Shown here: in pieces, positions 17,618-25,453 of the stretch
Layout: each line of letters begins with the position of its first letter
Numbering within the stretch: position 1 is the first letter of the stretch
Source: a virus
Lineage: Duplodnaviria > Caudoviricetes
DNA length: 29,887 nt
Reading direction: 5' to 3' (one strand)
Virus record (IMG/VR): IMGVR_UViG_3300042196_000179
Location: 1-29,887 of that record
Position numbers and translations under genes: made by a program
Notes under the pieces: generated by a model
The model's database searches: none
What the model saw: the letters and a program-made list of their open reading frames with translations, nothing else
What the model was told of the DNA's origin: nothing

Positions 17618-19320
17618 GGCGACCCCTCGATGTTCGGTTTATCTTTTCGGCCGGCGAGTGTCGGGCGATCCCACCGGCCGGCAAGGCTTGCAACCGCCGC
17701 CTTCGACCCGATCAAATGGATCAAGCCGGCCACATAATCGATCGCTGCAATGAGCGTCGCACCGTCAATTCCGAGCGATATCGTATCGCCGGCGCTGATG
17801 ATATTGGCAATGCCCGATGCATCGCCGATCGACAGGCCCGCCGCATCTTCCGCGTCCAACATCGCCGCGATCTGCGCGGCGCCGACCGCACCGATGCCCA
17901 ATTCGTCGGCGGCCATCACGAAGGCGGTTATACCGAGTGCCGCGTCCAACGATATATCGAGCGCGTCGGCCACATTCACGGCCACCGCGATCGTTGCCGC
18001 GTGGTCCAACGCAACCCCGAGTGCGTCGGCGGCGGCGATCACCGCGTGGATCGCCGGCGCCGCCGCGACGATTTGCAGGGTGATGGTATCCACCGAGGCC
18101 ACCACCGCCGCGACCGCCGCCGCTTCGCCGATCAGCACCGATACGCCGTCGCCGCCGGCCAGAACCGCCGCGATCGTCGCGCCGTGATCGAGGCCCACGG
18201 ACGCGCCGTCGTTTCGCGAAATAACCGCTTCGATGGCCGCTGCCGACGCGACCGCGATCGACAGATTGTCTCCACGATCGATCATCGCCGCCACGATCGC
18301 CGCCACATCGGCGACCGTTATGGAGACCCCATCACCGCCGGCCAGCACCGCCGCCACCGCCGACGATCCATCGATCGCCACGGCGGCGCCGTCGCCGCTG
18401 GCCAAAACCGCCGCCACCGCCGACGATCCATCGATCGCCACGGCGACCCCATCGTTTCGCGCCAGCACCGCCGCGATCGCCGCCGCCGATCCGACCGATA
18501 TGGAAACGCTATCGCTTCGCGCCACCGCCGCCGCGATCGCCGCGGCGCCGGCGATCGCCAGCGACAAGGTATCGGATCGCCCAACGGCGCCAAGCACCGC
18601 CGTTGCGCCGGCGATCGCGAGCGTCGCCGTGTCCGATCCCGTCTTTTCGGTCGGCGCCGTTTCCGCCGGCCCGAAGGCCGCGAGAATGAGGATAATCCGC
18701 TGGGTCGCCCCGGTCACATCCCACTCGACATTCGTGAGCGCGGCCGTTGCAACATCGGTGTGCCCGATGCCCAGCGACCCAAAATTTGGGTCTACCTCCA
18801 CATCCTCGACGTGCGGACTGGTGGCGGTGAAATTCATCTGCTCGCGGGCCGTCACACCAGAGAGAATAAGGCTGTCGGCGTCAGTCGGTGTCACGTCACC
18901 GTCGATGGTGGTGCCTGACGTGAGAGCTACAGTGTTAGTGTCATCCGCCGCAGCTTGCTTCACGCCCAATAGCGTGAACGCCGCGATTCCGCTGGCAACC
19001 AAGGTGCTGTCCGGGACCCCGTTGATCGCGATGGCCCCGGACGCCGCCAAGGAAAGCGGATCGTCCAGCTTCCACATTTCGGCGCCGGAAAAGTTGCCGC
19101 TGGCCACGGAGTGTTGCCGCACGACCAGCGACAAGGCGTTGCCGTCGTAGGTGACCCCGCTTGCGATCTGCGGTGTCGTGCCGGTGTTGGCGATGGTGAT
19201 CATGACGATCAGCGCGCCATTGGCACCGGCGGACGGCGTGTAGCTGGCCAGGCCGACAACGGGATTGCCCGTGCCGGAACTCGCGTTCGTCTGGATGTTG
19301 TTGATCGTCGGAACGGCCAC
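17614..19320 (-). CDS. Putative virion fibre protein: N-terminal beta domain plus about 15 Ala-rich 20-aa repeats, 568 aa
   Basis: Repeats such as RSDSVSISVGSAAAIAAVLA / RNDGVAVAIDGSSAVAAVLA / SGDGAAVAIDGSSAVAAVLA, within the structural operon. Confidence 0.75.
   Translation of the reverse strand: MAVPTINNIQTNASSGTGNPVVGLASYTPSAGANGALIVMITIANTGTTPQIASGVTYDGNALSLVVRQHSVASGNFSGAEMWKLDDPLSLAASGAIAINGVPDSTLVASGIAAFTLLGVKQAAADDTNTVALTSGTTIDGDVTPTDADSLILSGVTAREQMNFTATSPHVEDVEVDPNFGSLGIGHTDVATAALTNVEWDVTGATQRIILILAAFGPAETAPTEKTGSDTATLAIAGATAVLGAVGRSDTLSLAIAGAAAIAAAVARSDSVSISVGSAAAIAAVLARNDGVAVAIDGSSAVAAVLASGDGAAVAIDGSSAVAAVLAGGDGVSITVADVAAIVAAMIDRGDNLSIAVASAAAIEAVISRNDGASVGLDHGATIAAVLAGGDGVSVLIGEAAAVAAVVASVDTITLQIVAAAPAIHAVIAAADALGVALDHAATIAVAVNVADALDISLDAALGITAFVMAADELGIGAVGAAQIAAMLDAEDAAGLSIGDASGIANIISAGDTISLGIDGATLIAAIDYVAGLIHLIGSKAAVASLAGRWDRPTLAGRKDKPNIEGSP
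17760..18640 (-). repeat. Degenerate 60-bp coding tandem repeat array
   Basis: Near-identical units at 18341-18385 and 18401-18445 (ACCGCCGCCACCGCCGACGATCCATCGATCGCCACGGCG), with a conserved Asp about every 20 aa. Confidence 0.85.
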
Positions 19321-19338
19321 GGTGAATGACCCGGCCCC

Positions 19339-19719
19339 TCACGCCGCCGTAAACGTCAACGAGACGGTAAACAGCCACGATTGCGTGCCGGCCTTGGTGC
19401 CGAGCGATTCGACCAATCGCGTCAGCATCGTTTCCGCCGAGGCCGCGTTGAACACGCCCCATTCATTCCAGGCAAAGTTGGCGTCGCTGGTCCCGAAAAG
19501 CGATCGGAAATCGACGACGTTTCCGGTGCGCTGCGGATAGCTCGCCTCCATGGGTTGGCGCAACTTGTTGGTCGCGGCTTGCAGATCGGTTTGCGCGGCC
19601 GAAAAGGCGGTTGACGAATCACCGACGCCAATATGGGCGTTCGCGTTGTTGAACTCGGTGATCGTCTCGCCGATGATATCCGCCGCGATCTGGTCGCGGC
19701 CCGCATTGGTGAGCGGCAT
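19339..19719 (-). CDS. Virion structural protein resembling fibre-anchor (tail-collar-fibre N-terminal-like) domains, 126 aa
   Basis: LTNAGRD, HIGVGD...QTDL and F...ANFAWNEWGVFN...ML.R.V..LGTK motifs. Confidence 0.75.
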   Translation of the reverse strand: MPLTNAGRDQIAADIIGETITEFNNANAHIGVGDSSTAFSAAQTDLQAATNKLRQPMEASYPQRTGNVVDFRSLFGTSDANFAWNEWGVFNAASAETMLTRLVESLGTKAGTQSWLFTVSLTFTAA

Positions 19720-19720
19720 G

Positions 19721-20026
19721 TCACATATCCCCCGTTGGTTCGTCGGCACCCTTTGCCGGTTTGCTGGCGGCGGCCACCCTGACCGCCGCCACGTCCGCCG
19801 CGTAGATCTTGCGGATCGGGTCAGGCGCGGCCGACAGATCGTCGCCCGTCAGGCGCAACGCCTTGACGGTCGCCGCCGGCTTCATCGGCGCATCGTCCTT
19901 GTCGACCAGCACGCCCTGGCCGCGCAACAGCATCCGCTTGGCCATGTCCGGCGGCAACGTGCAAAGCCCCGCCGGGTGTGTGTGCGTTCCGTCGAAACAC
20001 GAAACGAATGTAAGCATCTTGATCAT
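19721..20026 (-). CDS. Hypothetical protein (gpFI-like position), 101 aa
   Basis: GAGGGG RBS before ATG 20026; lies downstream of the capsid gene and is coupled to the next gene. Confidence 0.6.
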   Translation of the reverse strand: MIKMLTFVSCFDGTHTHPAGLCTLPPDMAKRMLLRGQGVLVDKDDAPMKPAATVKALRLTGDDLSAAPDPIRKIYAADVAAVRVAAASKPAKGADEPTGDM

Positions 20027-20048
20027 TGTTCGATTACCCCTCGTTCGA

Positions 20049-20264
20049 TTATCCCTTGTCCGCCGCCGCCGAAATCGGCAACGCGGCATAGCTGCTAGGC
20101 GGTTCGCCCGGCCGGCGGTATGTCACCGTCGCTTGAACCTTTCCCCGGCCGTCGTCCTCGATTTCGATCGTCTCGAAGACTTCGCCGGCCGCGTCTCGCT
20201 TTTCCAGGACCCCGCTGGTCCGTATGCGCACCGGCACCGGTTCGCCAGGTACGGTTTTTTCCAT
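20049..20264 (-). CDS. Hypothetical protein, 71 aa
   Basis: MEKTVPG...LEKRDAAGEVFETIEIEDD; fills the gap in the operon with plausible codon usage. Confidence 0.55.
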   Translation of the reverse strand: MEKTVPGEPVPVRIRTSGVLEKRDAAGEVFETIEIEDDGRGKVQATVTYRRPGEPPSSYAALPISAAADKG

Positions 20265-20286
20265 CTGCGTAGCTTTCTTGTTCGGG

Positions 20287-20396
20287 CCAGGCCGCCGGCT
20301 CTCTCGGATCAAGTCCGAGAGGTTGCCGGCGGTGGCTGGTTCGTTTAGCCATCCAAGCTTGTCCTCGGGCCGGCCTTCGGCCGGACCCGTGGGGAT
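20287..20396. repeat. Two REP-like palindromic hairpins after the capsid gene
   Basis: GCCGCCGGC.CTCTCGGA-TCAAG-TCCGAGAG...GCCGGCGGT (20291-20333) and CGGG-CCGGCC-TTC-GGCCGG-A-CCCG (20366-20389). Confidence 0.7.
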
Positions 20397-20408
20397 AGAA
20401 GGTTGGCT

Positions 20409-21428
20409 TTAGGTCCGCTTGGCCCGGTGCAGGGCCTGCGGCATGGTGCAGACATGCAGCGGGTAGCTGTACATCTCGATATCGACGAAGGCATTGCGGT
20501 CCCGGTCGATGATCGGCCAGGAATAGAGCGCCTGGCCCGGCGTGTTGACGAAGTCGAAGGTCTCCGCCGGGGAATAAGCCACCTGGAAGATGCCCGCGCC
20601 GAGCGGGAAGAACTTGCACTTGTCGGCGCCGATCGCCACTGTCGACCCATCGTCGGTGCCGCGGTAATTCACGAACGTGATGTTACCGTAGCTGAAGGTC
20701 TCGAACGCATTGCCGCGGCGCAAGTCCGCCGCCTCCTGCTGACCGAGATAGGTCTCGCGCACTTCCTTATGCGCCGTCAGATCGTCCCAGAAGGCATCGC
20801 CGGCGAAGCCGACGACTTGGACCTGACCGCCACCCAATCCCTTGAGGCCTCTAAGTACCGACCGCACGACCTCATTGCATTTCTTGCGCACCACCCCGGA
20901 GGCGGGGGTGGCGGCGTCCAGATCGAAGTCGATCTCAGCCGGGATGGTCTGATTGAGCAACGTCGGCCAATTGAACAGGATGGACCCGTCGGCATCGGTC
21001 ACGATGCCCTGCACCGCCCCCAGGCGCATGTTCTCCATGGTCAGCTCGATATCCCGGCGCAAGAGGAGCTGCCGGCGGGCCACCTCGTTGGTGACCATCT
21101 GCAGTTCCGACTCCGCGCCGAACGCGCGTATCCCCTGCACCTGATCGGCCGTGATCCGGTCGGCCGTGGCGATGCGCGTGTTCCGCACCGGGGTGACCTT
21201 GCGCTTTTCGCCGCCTTTGCGTTTCGGCGGCGCGCCCCGCTCGCTGGTTTGGATCAGCGCCGAGGCATTCTCCCGCTCCTCGATGAACACGTCCTCGGTC
21301 GTGACCGGCACTGGTTGGAATGCGTTCATAGAGCCGAGCAGACCGGGAACGTAATCCAGCTTGTCCACCGCCGCGGTCATCTGCATGGCCGAGAAGGCGT
21401 CCTGGGTGAAGACATTCATGTTAGCCAT
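20409..21428 (-). CDS. Major capsid protein (lambda gpE family), 339 aa
   Basis: MNVF..DAFS...MT.AV...YVPG.LG, LIQTSERGAP, DQVQGIRAFG.E.EL, T.E.MRLGA.QG and PAETFDFVNT.G motifs; GGAGAG RBS. Confidence 0.95.
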   Translation of the reverse strand: MANMNVFTQDAFSAMQMTAAVDKLDYVPGLLGSMNAFQPVPVTTEDVFIEERENASALIQTSERGAPPKRKGGEKRKVTPVRNTRIATADRITADQVQGIRAFGAESELQMVTNEVARRQLLLRRDIELTMENMRLGAVQGIVTDADGSILFNWPTLLNQTIPAEIDFDLDAATPASGVVRKKCNEVVRSVLRGLKGLGGGQVQVVGFAGDAFWDDLTAHKEVRETYLGQQEAADLRRGNAFETFSYGNITFVNYRGTDDGSTVAIGADKCKFFPLGAGIFQVAYSPAETFDFVNTPGQALYSWPIIDRDRNAFVDIEMYSYPLHVCTMPQALHRAKRT

Positions 21429-21446
21429 TGGTGATCTCTCCTTCCT

Positions 21447-22091
21447 CTAGCGGGCGATGATGCCAAGCTTAGCCAGGCCCGCCTTACCCGCGGTGATGTC
21501 GTCGGCGACGGCGCCCGTGAACCACAGCAGGTCGTCGCCGACCACCTCCGCGTCGCGGGCCACGATCACCCCCGCCGCATCGGCGGCGGTCGCGTCGACG
21601 GGGGCATAGAGCACCCCGGCCACCACGTCGCTGCCATCCGTATTGGCCGGGTTGTATTCCTTCACCTTGCCGGAACCGGCGGCGACCGTGACGGTGAAGG
21701 CGTCGCCGGAAACGAAGTTGGCGGCACCGTCGGCGATCGTGAAGCTAAGGCCACCACCGGTAAACGCGGTGGCGACGACACCGGCGCCCACATTGATGCC
21801 GTCCGGATCCTCGACGATGAAAGTGCCCAGATCCGTCGCCGGCTCGATGAAGGTGACCCGGTAGACGCCGGCCTTGACCCCGGCGCCGACGGTCACGGCG
21901 CCGAATACGCCATCGCCGGTATTACCCGCAACCGCCGCCGGGGTGGCGGCGCCCGCCGCGGCCTTGCCAACCACGGCGCCGGCTTTCAGGTTTTGGCCAG
22001 ACAGCACCGTGATCTCTTCGCGGGACCGGTGGCCGTTCGCCTCGCTGGCGATAAATCCGCTGGCGTGGAGGTCTTCTGTCAGGGTTGTCAT
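21447..22091 (-). CDS. Head decoration protein (gpD family) with an inserted beta domain, 214 aa
   Basis: FIASEANGHRSRE.IT...LKAGAVVGK N-part and YNP...DGS.V..GVL...VDAT...ARDAEV...L...GII.R C-part, flanking an insert of about 95 aa. Confidence 0.9.
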   Translation of the reverse strand: MTTLTEDLHASGFIASEANGHRSREEITVLSGQNLKAGAVVGKAAAGAATPAAVAGNTGDGVFGAVTVGAGVKAGVYRVTFIEPATDLGTFIVEDPDGINVGAGVVATAFTGGGLSFTIADGAANFVSGDAFTVTVAAGSGKVKEYNPANTDGSDVVAGVLYAPVDATAADAAGVIVARDAEVVGDDLLWFTGAVADDITAGKAGLAKLGIIAR

Positions 22092-22104
22092 GATCTCTGT
22101 TCTC

Positions 22105-22668
22105 CTATCGCTTCAGGTTCACGGCCTGGTTGGCCTTGGTGATGGCGCGGTCCCAGATGGCGGCGGCGCCGGTACCGGAAGGCTCCGGTCCGACGTGGCC
22201 GGCGATTTCGCCGGTGCCGCCGGCGGTCGCCCGGGCGGCGATCAGCGATTGCCTGACGTCGGCGATCTTGGCGTTCTTGGCGATGAAATCCGCCGCCATC
22301 TCCGGCTTGCCCGCCAGGGCGCACAGGTCGTGCACCTCGGTGACATAGGCCAGGGTCTCGGCACGGCTTTGCGCCCGCGCCGAATCCAGGTCCACCACCT
22401 GGCCTTGCGCCGCTTGCGGCGATGCCGGTGCGCCAGAATTGGCCGGGTTCGCTGGCGCCGCCGCTGGCGCGGCGGTGTTGGCGGGCTTGCCCGTGTTGGC
22501 GGTGGCGCCAGTGGCGGCGCCCGTCTTGTCGTCATCCATGATCGCAATCTCCTGATTGTTGTCGTCGGCCGCGGCGCCGTCGCCTGCGGACGGATCGGTC
22601 TGGTCGCTAGGTTTCTGGATCTCGCTCCGGCGACCGAACAGAGAGATCCCGGCAAAGGTGCGTCGCAT
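22105..22668 (-). CDS. Capsid scaffolding protein (Nu3-like)
   Basis: Low-complexity Ala/Pro N-part, then E..DLCALAG.PEMA..FI. Two starts with good RBS (22668 AAGGA; 22539 AGGAG). Confidence 0.75.
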   Translation of the reverse strand: MRRTFAGISLFGRRSEIQKPSDQTDPSAGDGAAADDNNQEIAIMDDDKTGAATGATANTGKPANTAAPAAAPANPANSGAPASPQAAQGQVVDLDSARAQSRAETLAYVTEVHDLCALAGKPEMAADFIAKNAKIADVRQSLIAARATAGGTGEIAGHVGPEPSGTGAAAIWDRAITKANQAVNLKR

Positions 22669-22688
22669 GTCTGATTCCTTTCGCTCGT

Positions 22689-23639
22689 TCAGGCGGATCG
22701 CGCCGCCAGCCTCGGAGCGCCGATGGCAAGCCCTTCATGACGGCCAAGCTGCGCGGCGAATTCCGCGTCCACGTTGTCGATCGAGGCCACCCCGTCGGCC
22801 AGGCCGGCCTTCACCGCATCGGCGCCCATGTAGATTTGCGCCTCGGTGCCGCGCACCGCCGCCTCCCGCAGGCCGCGATTGCGCGCCACGGCGGCGACGA
22901 ACACGTCATAGACCGCAAGAACCCCACGCTCGAATTCCTCGCGCACGGCCGCCGGCAATGGCTGGAACGGATTGCCATCCACCTTGTGCGCACCGGCATG
23001 AATCAGCGTGACATTCAGCCCTTCCTGCTTCAGGGCCGCCGACATATCGACGTGCATCATCACCACGCCGATCGAGCCGAGATCGGCGGTCTCGGGCACG
23101 AAGACATTGTGCGCGGCGCTGGCGAGGAAATAGGCCGCCGAGGTGGCCAGCTCGTTGGCGACCGCCCAGATGGGTTTCGCGGCGCGGGCCTCGAAGATCG
23201 CCTCGGCGCACGCGGCGCAGCCATAGACCTCGCCGCCGGGTGAATCGATATCCAGAAGGATGCCCTTCACCGCCGGATCGGCGGCGGCCTCGGCGACCTT
23301 CATCTTGATCGCATCGTACCCGGTCATGCCGGAGAACGGCTCCAAATGGCCGAAGCGATGCACCAACTCCCCCTCGATAGGGATGCGGGCAATACCGGTG
23401 GCCGGATCGAAGGCAAAAACCCTGTCGCTACCGAAATCGCGCGATGACGCATGGACGGTGCGGGCCGTCAGCGCCGGTGGGCTATCGAGCCGCTGCACCT
23501 CGCCGGACGGCAGGCGCAGAGCACTCACGCCGATACGCGGACCCAGGGCGCCCAGGATGGCGGCGGCGCCGCTCTCGCTGATCAATTGCGGCGTGTTCAG
23601 GATGCGCCGCGATACCCGCGGCAGGTGACCGTCCGTCAT
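22689..23639 (-). CDS. Head maturation protease, peptidase S49 (gpC-like), 316 aa
   Basis: ILLDIDSPGGEV.G, A.SAAYFLASAA, GSIGV and AG.HKVDGNP motifs. TGATG overlap with portal. Confidence 0.95.
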   Translation of the reverse strand: MTDGHLPRVSRRILNTPQLISESGAAAILGALGPRIGVSALRLPSGEVQRLDSPPALTARTVHASSRDFGSDRVFAFDPATGIARIPIEGELVHRFGHLEPFSGMTGYDAIKMKVAEAAADPAVKGILLDIDSPGGEVYGCAACAEAIFEARAAKPIWAVANELATSAAYFLASAAHNVFVPETADLGSIGVVMMHVDMSAALKQEGLNVTLIHAGAHKVDGNPFQPLPAAVREEFERGVLAVYDVFVAAVARNRGLREAAVRGTEAQIYMGADAVKAGLADGVASIDNVDAEFAAQLGRHEGLAIGAPRLAARSA

Positions 23640-25243
23640 CACGCGGCTCCTTTGCTTTGCTCATCGTCCGATGGATCGCCGCCATCTTCTGGGTTGAATA
23701 CGCCTGCCTCCGGGATCTGTGATCCAGGCGCTCGTGCCTGAGTGAGCCCGGCTTGCGAGACCACCCGCGGATCGGAGTCGAGCACCAGGCCCAATCGATC
23801 GGCGCGGGCATTGTCCTCGGCGATCTCCTTGTCGATCGTCTCGATATCCTCGCCACGACCGGAGACCACGCGGGCCCGGCTGTCGAACCCGGCGCGCACC
23901 GAGCGCACGGCGGCGCGCTGTTCCTTTTCCGGATCGACCCAGGGCCAGCCCTGCGGGATCCAGTCGACGGCCCGGTAGGCCCGGCGGTTGGCCCGGTACT
24001 CGCCGACCGGGATCGCGCCGGCCAAGGCCGCCTGATCCAGCCAGGCATGCCAGACCGGGCGGTTGAGCTGATAGACCGGCGTGTTGTGCTGGAACTGCTC
24101 GATGCCCCGGCGGAATTCCAGCAACCCGGCGCGGATGGAGGAGAAGTTCACGTCGCTCAGATCGCCGGTCAGCATCTCGTAGGTGATCCCACTGCCCGCC
24201 GCGATGCCGTGCAGCATCCAGTTCATGAACGGGTCGTAGGATGTGCCCACCTCCGCGGGTGCGGCGAACTTCAATTCCGACCCTGGCGGCAATTTCGCCA
24301 TCAGACCCGGCTCCATGGCCGGCATCTCGTAGCCGTCTTCATCCGGTTTCTCGGTGACCAGCGGGGTGCCGTCTTCGCCGACGCCGGGAATCACGAAGCC
24401 GGTGAAGATCGCCGCCACCTTCTTGCGCACCAGTTCCGCATCCTCGTACTGATCTAGGTCGAGGAGGCGCGTGAGAATGGTGGAAAGCCTCGGCACGCCG
24501 CGCACCTGACCCGGACGGTCGCGCACGAAGAGGTGCAAGACCTCCGCAGCCGGAACCCGGACAAGTTCTCCTGAACCAGGCCGGGCGGCGATGAACTCGC
24601 CCGGATGCTGGCGATACATGTGATAGGCGACCCGCCGGCCGATCCGGTCGAACTCGATGCCGGAGATAATCATGTTGCCGTTATCGGCAATCCGATTTTC
24701 CGACAGCGGCACGTGCTCGGCCTCCAGCATCTGCACCTGCAGCGGCACGCTCAGGCCGTCTTGCTGGAGGCGGGGGCGCAGGCGCACGAAGACTTCGCCG
24801 GACTCGAAGATCGCGCGCACGGCGACGGCCTGCTGCTCGTAGAAATCGCCGATGCCCTCTGGGTCCGACTCGTCGGTCCAGTCGAACCACGCCTCGTGCA
24901 GGCGCGCCCGCGTGGCCTCGTCCGGGTGGCGGGACTTGGGCTTGATGCCGGTGCCGATGGCATTCGAGACGAAGCGGTCCGTAGCCTGCCGCGCCCACGG
25001 GTTGCGGCGGATCTGATCACGCGAGCGATTGCGCAACGTGGCCGCGTGGCCGACGATCAAGGTGTTGATACCGCTGCTGCTGGCCAGCCAGCCCTTGGAC
25101 CGGCTGCCCGCGCCGGCTGCATCCCAGGCCGGCAGCACCGTGGCACCACCCGATATGCTCGCCAGCTTTTTCAGATAGGCCGGCGCACCGGGCTTGACCT
25201 CCTTGAGGCGGACCTTGATCGCGGCGGTGCGCATTTTCACCAT
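23639..25243 (-). CDS. Portal protein, lambda family (gpB), 534 aa
   Basis: LRNRSRD..R.NPWA, GIEFDRIGRRVAYH, RPGQVRGVP, YEMLTGDLSDVNFSSIRAGLLEFRR and WVDPEKE motifs. Confidence 0.97.
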   Translation of the reverse strand: MVKMRTAAIKVRLKEVKPGAPAYLKKLASISGGATVLPAWDAAGAGSRSKGWLASSSGINTLIVGHAATLRNRSRDQIRRNPWARQATDRFVSNAIGTGIKPKSRHPDEATRARLHEAWFDWTDESDPEGIGDFYEQQAVAVRAIFESGEVFVRLRPRLQQDGLSVPLQVQMLEAEHVPLSENRIADNGNMIISGIEFDRIGRRVAYHMYRQHPGEFIAARPGSGELVRVPAAEVLHLFVRDRPGQVRGVPRLSTILTRLLDLDQYEDAELVRKKVAAIFTGFVIPGVGEDGTPLVTEKPDEDGYEMPAMEPGLMAKLPPGSELKFAAPAEVGTSYDPFMNWMLHGIAAGSGITYEMLTGDLSDVNFSSIRAGLLEFRRGIEQFQHNTPVYQLNRPVWHAWLDQAALAGAIPVGEYRANRRAYRAVDWIPQGWPWVDPEKEQRAAVRSVRAGFDSRARVVSGRGEDIETIDKEIAEDNARADRLGLVLDSDPRVVSQAGLTQARAPGSQIPEAGVFNPEDGGDPSDDEQSKGAA

Positions 25244-25452
25244 CCCTTCACCGGGCGGACATAGACGCCGCGGGTGCGCGTGGTGCCGGCGAGCTTGGCG
25301 ATATCGGCCTCGACGGCATCGAGCGCGCGTTCCAACTCCGCGATGCTGCGGTATTCGATGCTGCGGCCATCGTAGGTCACCCGCGACACGCCGCTTGCCC
25401 GAGCGGACTTCAGCGCGTCGCGCTTGGCTTCGAGATCGCTCTGGGTTGTCAT
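25237..25452 (-). CDS. Head-to-tail joining protein gpW, 71 aa
   Basis: ASGV.RVTYDGRSIEYRSIAELERA motif, between terminase and portal. Confidence 0.9.
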   Translation of the reverse strand: MTTQSDLEAKRDALKSARASGVSRVTYDGRSIEYRSIAELERALDAVEADIAKLAGTTRTRGVYVRPVKGW

Positions 25453-25453
25453 T

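Noticed and set aside
5249-19320. Diversity-generating retroelement, invertible fibre cassette or CRISPR array
   Set aside because: No reverse transcriptase, invertase, TR/VR pair or repeat-spacer array was seen. The 60-bp repeats are coding and have no unique spacers.
5249-20000. Abundant CGATCG/GATC as a special repeat system
   Set aside because: Largely explainable by Ile/Asp/Ala codon usage (GCG ATC G) in GC-rich genes. Enrichment cannot be shown without counting.
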